Shown in pieces: positions 48,564 to 56,780 of a stretch of 64,000 nt of DNA. The stretch covers positions 40,686-104,685 of the forward strand of contig VGMG01000005.1 in NCBI GenBank assembly GCA_016866495.1, read 5' to 3'. The translations under genes and the position numbers were made by a program. Under the pieces are notes generated by a model. The model ran no database searches. It had not been told where the DNA came from and worked only from the letters and a program-made list of their open reading frames with translations. How positions within the stretch are numbered: the stretch's first letter is position 1; each line of letters starts with the position of its first letter. The DNA comes from Chlamydiota bacterium (GTDB lineage: Bacteria > Chlamydiota > Chlamydiia > Chlamydiales > RGXB01).

Positions 48564-49091
48564 TTAGCGCGGCGTTTTGACATATTCAATTTTTAATTCT
48601 TTAGGTTCGGTAAACTGTTTGTTTTTAAATAAATTTATTATATGAAAACCAAGTCTTTTTTTGCATGTTTGGTAGGGTATTTCACAGTTTTTTTCTCTAA
48701 GAGTTGTTGGAGTCAAATAGACTTCGCCCCCCTCCTGGGAAAATTCGGCATAGTAAGAAAGTCCAGAGCGGGCATCGAGCAGGGCAGTCCCTCGAGATTG
48801 ATTTTCGTCAATTTGGTTTAAAAAGGGGGAAAAGGTGATCAACGGGACGTCAAGAATTGTGCATAATGTAATCGCAATTGTAGCCCCCAGTCTCAGCGGG
48901 GTGAAGTTGCCAGGCCCTTGAGGGATGGCAACGGCTTGAATTTTTTTTTCTTGTTTGGATATAAGAGTTTGAATCTGAGATGGTAATTTGCAAGACTCTG
49001 GTGACTCTATTTCGCCTAGGACCTTTTGCGATTCATCAAGAATAAAAACCGAGCCCGACTGGTAACTTAAGTCTATAACGAGGATGCACAT
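48564..49091 (-). CDS. tsaB: tRNA t6A37 biosynthesis protein TsaB (YeaZ, inactive Kae1/Gcp paralog), short form
   Basis: ILVIDLSYQSGSV start and AVAIPQGPGNFTPLRLGATIA block (GPGSFTGLRIG signature). Confidence 0.7.
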   Translation of the reverse strand: MCILVIDLSYQSGSVFILDESQKVLGEIESPESCKLPSQIQTLISKQEKKIQAVAIPQGPGNFTPLRLGATIAITLCTILDVPLITFSPFLNQIDENQSRGTALLDARSGLSYYAEFSQEGGEVYLTPTTLREKNCEIPYQTCKKRLGFHIINLFKNKQFTEPKELKIEYVKTPR

Positions 49092-49270
49092 AGAGAATTA
49101 CGTTAGCAAAAATCGGTAATATTTGGTACAAAAAAGGGGGTGGGGGGCACACCTATTTACAATCAATTCAGTGTGAGGAAATTGGAATAAAAAGTTTGAT
49201 AGTCTACACGAAAACGATTCTCTGTGCTAAGATTGTTCAATTGAACCACCAATTTAGTTGAAAAAATACC

Positions 49271-51703
49271 TTGGAATACAAAAAACCAAAAAAGAAGACC
49301 GCGAAAAAGCAGCCAACTCCTAGGCCTGTAAAAACAGGTCCTATCTACGTGCTACCCCTGACCAAAAGGCCCTTTTTTCCCGGGATGGCCGCCTCTTTGA
49401 CGATTGAGCCGGGCCCCTTTTATGAAGCTTTAAAATCTATCGCCAAATCTGAAGACCGCTACGTAGCCCTCTCTATGACAAGAAAAGAGAACATAGGCAT
49501 CTATTCTGTGGGTTTCGATGACTTGCACCCAGTAGGTGTTCTGGCAAAAGTTCTCAGGGTTGCCCCTCTTCAAGAGCAGGGAGCACAAGTTTTTTTAAGC
49601 ATAGAGTGCAGAATTGAGCTCAAAAAGCCCAAGTCCTCCGCAAAGCCTTTAAAAACTTCATTTACGCCCCATTTTGATAATCATGAAGGTGAAGATGAGG
49701 AATTGATCAAGGCCTACTCTACTAGTATTTTAACAACAACCAAAGAGCTTTTGAAGCTCAATCCGCTTTTCAAAGAGGAGCTCCAGGTTTTCTTAGGCCA
49801 TTCCGACTTTACCGATCCGGGCAGACTTGCCGATTATTCCGTTGCCCTCACAACTGCAACTCGGGAAGAGCTGCAGCAGGTTTTGGAGGCGTTTGATTTA
49901 AAAGATCGAAGTGAAAAAGCCCTTTTACTTTTGAAAAAAGAGTTAGATCTTAATCAACTTCAGAACACGATTACTCAAAAAATTGAAGCAAACATCACAA
50001 AGTCTCAAAAAGAATATTTTCTCAAAGAACAGCTTAAAACGATAAAAAAAGAGCTGGGCCTAGAAAAAGATGATAAGACTTTAGACGTTGATAAATTTGA
50101 AAAGCGGCTGGAAAAACTTCATGTCCCGGCGACTATTTTAAAGACTATCAATGAGGAACTTGACAAGCTTGCCTTTTTAGATATCCAATCTGCTGAGTAT
50201 GGAGTTTGCAGAAACTACCTCGACTGGCTCACTTTGATCCCGTGGGGTCTTAAATCAAAAGATGTCTTTGATGTTGATCGCGCTAAGGGGATTTTGGACA
50301 AAGACCACTACGGTCTTGAGGATGTAAAAGAGCGTATTTTAGAAATTATAGCCATCAGTCAATTAAGTCGAAGCACTCGAGGCAGGATCATTTGTCTAGT
50401 AGGGCCGCCTGGAGTTGGAAAGACAAGTATTGGTAAATGCATAGCTCAAGCTCTTGGCCGTAAATTTTTCCGATTTTCCGTAGGCGGTATGCGTGATGAG
50501 GCTGAAATTAAAGGGCACAGACGCACCTATGTAGGAGCGATGCCGGGTAAGTTAGTGCAAGCCATGAAGACAACCAAAACAATGAATCCGGTGATTTTGA
50601 TCGATGAGATCGACAAAATCGGTAACGGTCACTACGACCCCTCAGCCGCGTTATTGGAGGTTCTTGATCCAGAGCAAAACGCCGACTTTTTAGACCATTA
50701 TCTGGATGTCCCACTAGATCTTTCGAACGTATTGTTTATTGTTACGGCTAATACGCTGGATACAATACCCACTCCGCTTTTGGATCGCATGGATGTGATC
50801 CGGCTTTCTGGCTACATTTTAGAAGAAAAAGTTAAGATTGCCGAAAAATATTTGATTCCCAAAACGAGAAAAGAGTCGGGACTCAAAGCGACGCAGATAA
50901 AGCTCCACGAGGATGCAGTCATCGCAATGATCGACGGCTATGCTCGCGAGGCTGGGGTGCGGAATTTAGAGAAGCTGATTCAAAAAGTTATGGGTAAAGC
51001 CGCTAAGGAGATCGTTACAAAGAAGAAAAAGTCTGTAATAATTACAGAACAAAATCTTATTGATTACCTCAAGCAGCCCGTCTTTACCCAGGATCTCCTC
51101 TACTCGGATCCTCCTCCTGGTGTTGTTGTGGGGCTTGCATGGACTAGCATGGGGGGAGCTACTTTAAGTATAGAGGCGGTTAAAACCCCTAATGTGGATA
51201 AAACTGTAATGAAGCTTACAGGGAATCTGGGTGAGGTTATGAAAGAATCTGCGCAGATTGCCTGGACCTACTTCATGAGCTCGATCGATAAATTTGCCCC
51301 CGCATACCGTTTTTTTGAAAAGAACGAAATTCATATTCACGTGCCGGAAGGGGCTACACCAAAGGATGGACCTTCAGCAGGTATTACAATGGTCACAGCC
51401 CTTTTTTCTCTATTGATGGATATAAAAGTGCTTAAAGGACTAGGTATGACCGGGGAGATTACTGTTACTGGAAAAGTGCTCCCTATCGGAGGAGTCAGAG
51501 AGAAAGTGATTGCCCTGAGACGTTCCAAATTGGATCACCTGATTCTTCCAAAAGAGAACAAGAGGGACTTTGATGAACTTCCCGATTATCTAAAAACGGG
51601 AATTCATGTAGTATTTGTGGATACATATGAGGATGTCTTCAAAGTTGCCTTCGATTACCCAAACAATCAACGTATCCAATTGGCATCCGGCCCTGAGACG
51701 TAA
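49271..51703 (+). CDS. lon: ATP-dependent Lon protease
   Basis: LON N-domain (LPLTKRPFFPGM), Walker A GPPGVGKTS, Walker B ILIDEIDK, protease domain PKDGPSAGITMVTAL (catalytic Ser). TTG start. Confidence 0.95.
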   Translation: MEYKKPKKKTAKKQPTPRPVKTGPIYVLPLTKRPFFPGMAASLTIEPGPFYEALKSIAKSEDRYVALSMTRKENIGIYSVGFDDLHPVGVLAKVLRVAPLQEQGAQVFLSIECRIELKKPKSSAKPLKTSFTPHFDNHEGEDEELIKAYSTSILTTTKELLKLNPLFKEELQVFLGHSDFTDPGRLADYSVALTTATREELQQVLEAFDLKDRSEKALLLLKKELDLNQLQNTITQKIEANITKSQKEYFLKEQLKTIKKELGLEKDDKTLDVDKFEKRLEKLHVPATILKTINEELDKLAFLDIQSAEYGVCRNYLDWLTLIPWGLKSKDVFDVDRAKGILDKDHYGLEDVKERILEIIAISQLSRSTRGRIICLVGPPGVGKTSIGKCIAQALGRKFFRFSVGGMRDEAEIKGHRRTYVGAMPGKLVQAMKTTKTMNPVILIDEIDKIGNGHYDPSAALLEVLDPEQNADFLDHYLDVPLDLSNVLFIVTANTLDTIPTPLLDRMDVIRLSGYILEEKVKIAEKYLIPKTRKESGLKATQIKLHEDAVIAMIDGYAREAGVRNLEKLIQKVMGKAAKEIVTKKKKSVIITEQNLIDYLKQPVFTQDLLYSDPPPGVVVGLAWTSMGGATLSIEAVKTPNVDKTVMKLTGNLGEVMKESAQIAWTYFMSSIDKFAPAYRFFEKNEIHIHVPEGATPKDGPSAGITMVTALFSLLMDIKVLKGLGMTGEITVTGKVLPIGGVREKVIALRRSKLDHLILPKENKRDFDELPDYLKTGIHVVFVDTYEDVFKVAFDYPNNQRIQLASGPET

Positions 51704-52178
51704 AGTCATTGCTCCTGAAAAAATTGCCGAGACGGTAGCTTTTTGGAGGGAGCAAAAGAAAAAATTGGTCACCCTCAACGGGTCGTTTGATCTTCCTCAT
51801 GCCGGTCATCTAGAGATGCTATCAAACGCTTACGACTTGAAAGGGGAGGAGGGAATTGTTTTGGTAGCTCTCAATACGGATGCCTCTATTCAGCGTTATA
51901 AATCACAAAGTCGCCCTATTATAACTTTAGAGGGGCGTTTGAAAATGATGGCATCCTATCTTTTTGTCGATTATGTGACATGGTTTGACCAGGACAACCC
52001 TATTGAGCTTTTAAAAATAGTTCGACCCGATGTACATGTCAATGGATCAGAGTATGGGCAAGACTGTATTGAAGCAAGTACAGTCAAAGAGGGAGGAGGA
52101 TCGCTCTTCATAGTACAAAAACTAGAGGGGTTATCCACCTCATCGATAGTAGAAAAAATCTTATCTTTGGGGCCTTGA
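51627..52178 (+). CDS. Cytidylyltransferase-fold nucleotidyltransferase resembling RfaE/HldE domain II (heptose-1-phosphate adenylyltransferase-like)
   Basis: KKKLVTLNGSFDLPHAGHLEML (HxGH), VALNTDASIQRYKSQSRPI, VDYVTWFDQDNP, RPDVHVNGSEYG, GLSTSSIVEKI. This is colinear with the HldE C-terminal domain pattern. Start uncertain (TTG 51615, ATG 51627 or ATG 51633); all overlap the lon 3' end. Confidence 0.7.
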   Translation: MRMSSKLPSITQTINVSNWHPALRRKVIAPEKIAETVAFWREQKKKLVTLNGSFDLPHAGHLEMLSNAYDLKGEEGIVLVALNTDASIQRYKSQSRPIITLEGRLKMMASYLFVDYVTWFDQDNPIELLKIVRPDVHVNGSEYGQDCIEASTVKEGGGSLFIVQKLEGLSTSSIVEKILSLGP

Positions 52179-52957
52179 AATTGGTTAGATTCTTTTGTTA
52201 TTTAATGATTGCGGTATTTTTGTTGGATACCTACCAGTTTTTTCAAATTTTTTCTGGTGCATCCAGTTATGTGCAGTCGATTATTCCTCTTACACCCATA
52301 AAGACGTTGATGCTTTTCCAGGACTTTCCTTTAGATAGGCAGCTGTACGAGCTTTTGTTGGCACAAAAAAGTGCGACATCGTTTGAAGCTTTAGATCCTA
52401 TCGCTCAATCTCTAGTCACTAAAATTTTGTCTGAAGGGAGGCAGCAGGGGGCATTAGATATCCCTTTTTTGAGTCTTTCTATTTTTAAGGGGCAATTTTA
52501 TCGAATTTTCACCCCCGCTCTTTTACACGCAAATTTACTTCACATCCTATTTAATCTTCTTTGGTTCGTCCCTTTAGGGTCAATGATCGAAAAAAGAGCT
52601 GGAGGATTAAAATTACTGGTACTGATACTTCTCACCGCAATCGCAGCGAATTGCGCCCAATTTTTTGTAACAGGGCCTCTATTTTTAGGCGTATCTGGTG
52701 TGGTTTGTGCCCTTGCAGGATTTGTATTTGTTCGTACAAAAAAAGCCCCGTGGGAGGGGTATCCTCTTTCAAAGTCCGGGATCGGGCTACTGTTTATCTA
52801 TATTTTATTCCTCACTTTATTGGAGTTGTTTGGAAAGGTATTTGTTTATTTGAGTGGGACGACAGTGGTAAGTCCAATAGCCAATACGGCACATTTAACA
52901 GGTGCTCTATTTGGGGGACTTTTAGGTTTTAATCGATGGTTTAGGTGTTCAACTTGA
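52175..52957 (+). CDS. Rhomboid-family intramembrane serine protease
   Basis: HANLLHILFNLLWF, catalytic GVSGVVCALAGF (GxSG) and HLTGALFGGLLG (His) on consecutive TM helices. TTGA overlap with the upstream gene. Confidence 0.8.
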   Translation: MKLVRFFCYLMIAVFLLDTYQFFQIFSGASSYVQSIIPLTPIKTLMLFQDFPLDRQLYELLLAQKSATSFEALDPIAQSLVTKILSEGRQQGALDIPFLSLSIFKGQFYRIFTPALLHANLLHILFNLLWFVPLGSMIEKRAGGLKLLVLILLTAIAANCAQFFVTGPLFLGVSGVVCALAGFVFVRTKKAPWEGYPLSKSGIGLLFIYILFLTLLELFGKVFVYLSGTTVVSPIANTAHLTGALFGGLLGFNRWFRCST

Positions 52958-53862
52958 GTTTACGGGAATTAACGATTTTAGGTTGCGGTTCGCAGCAACA
53001 TACAAGAGAGAGAAACCATAATGCTTATTTATTGCGTTGGAAAACGGAAGGGTTTCTGTTCGACCCTGGTGAAGCAACGCAAAGGCAGTTTATTTTTGCA
53101 AAAATTGCCCCAACTGCTGTGACAAGAATTTTTGTTAGTCATTTTCACGGGGATCACTGCCTAGGCTTAGGTGCCATGATTTTGCGACTGAATTTAGACA
53201 AAGTTCCCCAACCTATTCACATTTACTACCCAGAGAGCGGAAAAAGATATTTCGATAACCTTCGCTACTCTTCGATTTATACACAAACAATCACGATCGT
53301 TGAGCACCCGGTGAAAGTATCAAAAGAGATGTCTCTTGTAGATGAGACTGAGGACTTTTTAATTTATGGTGCTATGTTAAATCACGGCATCGATTGCGTT
53401 GGCTGGAGAATTCAAGAAAAAGATACGCGAAAGTGCGTCCAATCGAAACTTAAAGAGAAGGGTGTTCATGGTCCCATGGTCAAAGAGCTTCTTGAGAAGG
53501 GGGTAATTGTGACCCAGTATGGTCGAGTGGACATAGATGACGTTTCTTATGTTAAACCCGGCGATAGTGTTGCTGTCGTGATTGATACTTTGAAATGCTC
53601 GCAAGCAGTGGAGCTCTCGAAAAATGCTAAGCTTTTGCTTATCGAATCGACCTATCTTGATGAAGAAAAAGAGCTTGCCGAAAGTTACAAACATATGACT
53701 GCTACCCAAGCCGCCTCTATCGCAAAGGAGGCTCAGGTAGAAAAAATGGTAATGACCCATTTTTCAGCGAGATATTCAGATCAAACTCTTTTCGAGCAAG
53801 AAGCGAGAGGGATCTTTCATAATTCCCATGCAGCCGAGGATTTGAAAAGGTTTACTTTCTAG
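52945..53862 (+). CDS. rnz: Ribonuclease Z (metallo-beta-lactamase tRNA 3' endonuclease)
   Basis: LGCGS, FVSHFHGDHCLGL (HxHxDH), ESTYLDEE, MTHFSARY. GTG 52945 overlaps the rhomboid gene end (TTG 52954 is an alternative). Confidence 0.85.
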   Translation: MFNLSLRELTILGCGSQQHTRERNHNAYLLRWKTEGFLFDPGEATQRQFIFAKIAPTAVTRIFVSHFHGDHCLGLGAMILRLNLDKVPQPIHIYYPESGKRYFDNLRYSSIYTQTITIVEHPVKVSKEMSLVDETEDFLIYGAMLNHGIDCVGWRIQEKDTRKCVQSKLKEKGVHGPMVKELLEKGVIVTQYGRVDIDDVSYVKPGDSVAVVIDTLKCSQAVELSKNAKLLLIESTYLDEEKELAESYKHMTATQAASIAKEAQVEKMVMTHFSARYSDQTLFEQEARGIFHNSHAAEDLKRFTF

Positions 53863-53872
53863 CTTTTTAGCT

Positions 53873-54280
53873 TTAATCGAGGGTAGTGTCAGGATTTTCT
53901 GCGATGTGAGCAAAGTGATCGATGAGGGAACTGCGCTCTTCGTAACTAGAAAAAGCAATAAGCTCTTTCAGCAATTTTTTCATTTCATCAGGATTATTTG
54001 AATCGATAAGATGCCTTGCAGCCTGGTAGTAAGAGGCCTCTACGCCATCTGCCTCGAGCTCTTGAAGCATCATGTTTTCCACAATTTTCGCATTTGTGCG
54101 TACTTCATCCGTCATGTTTTTGGATTGCTGTACGCGTGATGCGGTCTCTTTTAGATGCACAATATTTTCAGCTATTTTTTTTAAAATATCGGGTTGCATG
54201 ACGGCATCTCTAAGCCGAATAAGCCGGATAAATTGTCTAAGGTGTATTTGGAGCTGATGCTTTAGATCATCTTGTTGCAT
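53873..54280 (-). CDS. Hypothetical all-helical protein (135 aa)
   Basis: Clean ORF downstream of the 480-aa membrane protein gene on the same strand. No recognised motifs. Confidence 0.5.
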   Translation of the reverse strand: MQQDDLKHQLQIHLRQFIRLIRLRDAVMQPDILKKIAENIVHLKETASRVQQSKNMTDEVRTNAKIVENMMLQELEADGVEASYYQAARHLIDSNNPDEMKKLLKELIAFSSYEERSSLIDHFAHIAENPDTTLD

Positions 54281-54419
54281 AGAAAGTCCCTATTTTTTTT
54301 GACACTAATAGATCCCCCCCTTTTTGTAAAGATGAGATCCAACCTCAAAAAAAAGAATTTAGATGAAATCTATCGAAAATTGGAAGGGGGGATAAAAGTT
54401 TAAAAATAGGATTTTAGGG

Positions 54420-55862
54420 CTAAAGTGTCTGGAGTGAAGGTCGTGTGATATTATTTTTATAAAGGGAGACATAGAAAATCCTTAGTAAAAAGTAAGAGGA
54501 GCTTAATGTTAAGAAACAGATAAGTAAAAAATGTAGTAATAGAGTTGGAGTGGGTTCTCTATCGATATTCAATACAAACGGGATCTCTGCTAACCGTTCA
54601 AAACGGCGGGTGGGATTTTTTTGAGTGAGTAAACCTAAACTGTAGTGAGTATTCGCTTTTTCTTTAAGAGTTAAAAAACCTAAAGATAGGGGTTTATAAT
54701 CCATCTGTAAGTAGATAGAGACATCGTTTTCTGTATTGTAGTGAATGAGAATAGGGGATTCTTTATCTGGATTTTGAAGAATCCAACCTGTATTTTTTAA
54801 AAAAAGAGTTTTAAGTAGAGGGGAGTTTTTCGATTGGGAAGATTCTACCTCGTGCAGGAGATTTTTATTATGATCAATCCACTGCAATCGCTCGATATAG
54901 GGCCATTTTTTTAAAATAGAAGAGTCTGCTTTTAATATATCATCACGGTATATGCTTTGAAGGGATCTCGCCAATTGTTCAATATGGTGCAAATACTCTT
55001 GAGCGCCATTTAGGGCGACTGTATCATAAAATGCAAGTTTCTTTTCAAGACTTTCGCACTCTATTCTTCTCTTATGGAAGTGTGAAAAGGCGAAAAATAG
55101 AGCCATAATCGAAAAAACAAAGCCTACCCATAAGCGAATTTGTTGTTCTTTTTTCGCTATTTTGAAAAGTTCTATCAAAAGAAAAAATCCGCTCAAAATC
55201 GCTACTGTGAAGTAGCACCAAATTTGTAGGCTAAACGGCAGAGTTGTTTGTATCAAAAGAGGATCCGAAATGCCATCGAGTGTTTTTTCCATCTGTGCTC
55301 GATAACCCTTCCATGTAAAATACCCGTTTTGTTTCAAACTCCAGTCGTTGTTGTTAAAAAACGGGATCGGATTATCTAAAGGCTCTTTTTTTGAAAAACT
55401 AAAGTCTAGATTTTCGTGCGAGCCCAAGAAAAGGGTTTCAAAATTTGAGATTTCTAAAATTCGATGTCCTCCCCCTAGTTGGGGGATGATACGATAATAG
55501 GATGTTCTCACGGGTGAGACCTCTCTCCACCAAGAAGGAGAGGAGATTTTTAATGCTTTTAAAGAGAAATAGTTATTGTCTAGTCCTACACGCTGAACCG
55601 GCTGATGGATTTTCCAATGATCTTCAGTATATTGTACAAGAATAGGCCATTTCGATCCCTGGATAGTGAGTTGACCCAAATAGTTTTTTTGGCCCAAAAT
55701 ATCGAGTTTATTGATCTTTTGGTCTAAAGCTATAAAAACCTTCTCTAAACCCTTTTTCAGGGCAGTTCTTGACTTCGACTCCATTTTTTGAATCGATTTA
55801 CCCAAAAGTCCAGACGAGAGCACAGATAAAACTAAAAGTGCATAAGAGACATATTTTCCCAT
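54420..55862 (-). CDS. Hypothetical membrane protein with two extracytoplasmic-looking domains (sensor-like topology, no output domain)
   Basis: Signal/anchor MGKYVSYALLVLSVLSSGLLG followed by a roughly 190-aa domain. Next come a TM pair (FSLQIWCYFTVAILSGFFLLIELF; LWVGFVFSIMALFFAFSHF) and a roughly 170-aa domain. A C-terminal TM (LLLHFLLICFLTLSSSYFLLRIF) closes the protein. Family not recognised. Confidence 0.55.
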   Translation of the reverse strand: MGKYVSYALLVLSVLSSGLLGKSIQKMESKSRTALKKGLEKVFIALDQKINKLDILGQKNYLGQLTIQGSKWPILVQYTEDHWKIHQPVQRVGLDNNYFSLKALKISSPSWWREVSPVRTSYYRIIPQLGGGHRILEISNFETLFLGSHENLDFSFSKKEPLDNPIPFFNNNDWSLKQNGYFTWKGYRAQMEKTLDGISDPLLIQTTLPFSLQIWCYFTVAILSGFFLLIELFKIAKKEQQIRLWVGFVFSIMALFFAFSHFHKRRIECESLEKKLAFYDTVALNGAQEYLHHIEQLARSLQSIYRDDILKADSSILKKWPYIERLQWIDHNKNLLHEVESSQSKNSPLLKTLFLKNTGWILQNPDKESPILIHYNTENDVSIYLQMDYKPLSLGFLTLKEKANTHYSLGLLTQKNPTRRFERLAEIPFVLNIDREPTPTLLLHFLLICFLTLSSSYFLLRIFYVSLYKNNITRPSLQTL

Positions 55863-55994
55863 CCTTTTGTTCTATTCCAAAGACGCATTTTTTTGTAAAC
55901 AACTCTAAAAGGAATCGAAAAATAGGGCAAAAAACATTTTTTAAAAAATCTCGGGATTCTTTCAAAAAATTTAGACCCAGCAGTCAGATTTTTA

Positions 55995-56780
55995 TTAGAA
56001 TGAGCCTCTTACCCTGCTGGCAATGATGGAGAAAGCGTTTGCGACATTGAGGGAATTTTTCATTCCTTGAAGAGGAATCTCCACCAGAAAGTCAGCCTGA
56101 GATAGAATAGAATTTGAAATTCCAAACTCCTCGTTACCAAAAATGAGAGTCCCTCCGGATTGGGGAAAAGGGAACGAGGCGTAGTTATGTGCATTATTCC
56201 CCGTTTCTAGCGCTATCCAGGGGCGTGGGAGGTCCTCTAAACGGGCGTTTTCAAAAATTTGTATGTGGTGTTGTGCTCCAAGAGCTGTTTTAGCGATCTC
56301 TTTGTGCTCTTTTGAAGGGCAATAAGGAGATAAATGTAAAGTTCCAAGTCTAAACGCTTCTAAAGTTCTTATGATGCTCCCTAAGTTGTATGCTGAGCGT
56401 ATCTGGTCTAGGTAAATGGAGTAGGGTAAAAAGGGGGTCTGTTTTTCTTTATGGTCAAGACGTCTAATTTGGGGTAGAAGCTGTGGTGTTTCTTCGTCCG
56501 GTTTTACCGACTCCATCAAAGAATGATAGAGATGAGATAGCCCCTCAGGCTCGGTGGGGAGTGTAGGGAATCCATTCTCGTAACTACTCAATCGAAAGTA
56601 ATGCTCTACTGCATCACTATCCGACGCGTTCAGATAAACCCGTCGGACAAGTTTTGCCAAAATCCTTTTTTTTGCCCCCGAGTGCAGAGCGAGGAATTGG
56701 TATTTACCGAGTTGCCTTAGATCGTTTTTCAAGATACTCCTCAAGCGTTCCTTTGAAAAAGTGCACCCCATCTGGCTCAA
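55995..56780 (-). CDS. SpoU/TrmH-family RNA 2'-O-methyltransferase with a roughly 100-aa N-terminal extension
   Basis: SPOUT motifs IRSAYNLGSIIRTLEAFRLG, LIFGNEEFGIS, VEIPLQGMKNSLNVANAFSI. The 5' end overlaps the ABC-F gene 3' end by 68-77 nt (ATG 56780 or 56771). Confidence 0.8.
   Translation of the reverse strand: MSQMGCTFSKERLRSILKNDLRQLGKYQFLALHSGAKKRILAKLVRRVYLNASDSDAVEHYFRLSSYENGFPTLPTEPEGLSHLYHSLMESVKPDEETPQLLPQIRRLDHKEKQTPFLPYSIYLDQIRSAYNLGSIIRTLEAFRLGTLHLSPYCPSKEHKEIAKTALGAQHHIQIFENARLEDLPRPWIALETGNNAHNYASFPFPQSGGTLIFGNEEFGISNSILSQADFLVEIPLQGMKNSLNVANAFSIIASRVRGSF

Noticed and set aside
49136-49147. GGGGGTGGGGGG run in the tsaB/lon divergent region as a possible G-quadruplex
   Set aside because: There are only two G-tracts, which is insufficient for an intramolecular quadruplex. 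It is probably just a compositional oddity.
52561-52932. 123-aa same-strand alternative-frame ORF inside the rhomboid gene
   Set aside because: The rhomboid frame carries the catalytic GxSG and His motifs, whereas the alternative frame is Arg/Cys-rich nonsense.
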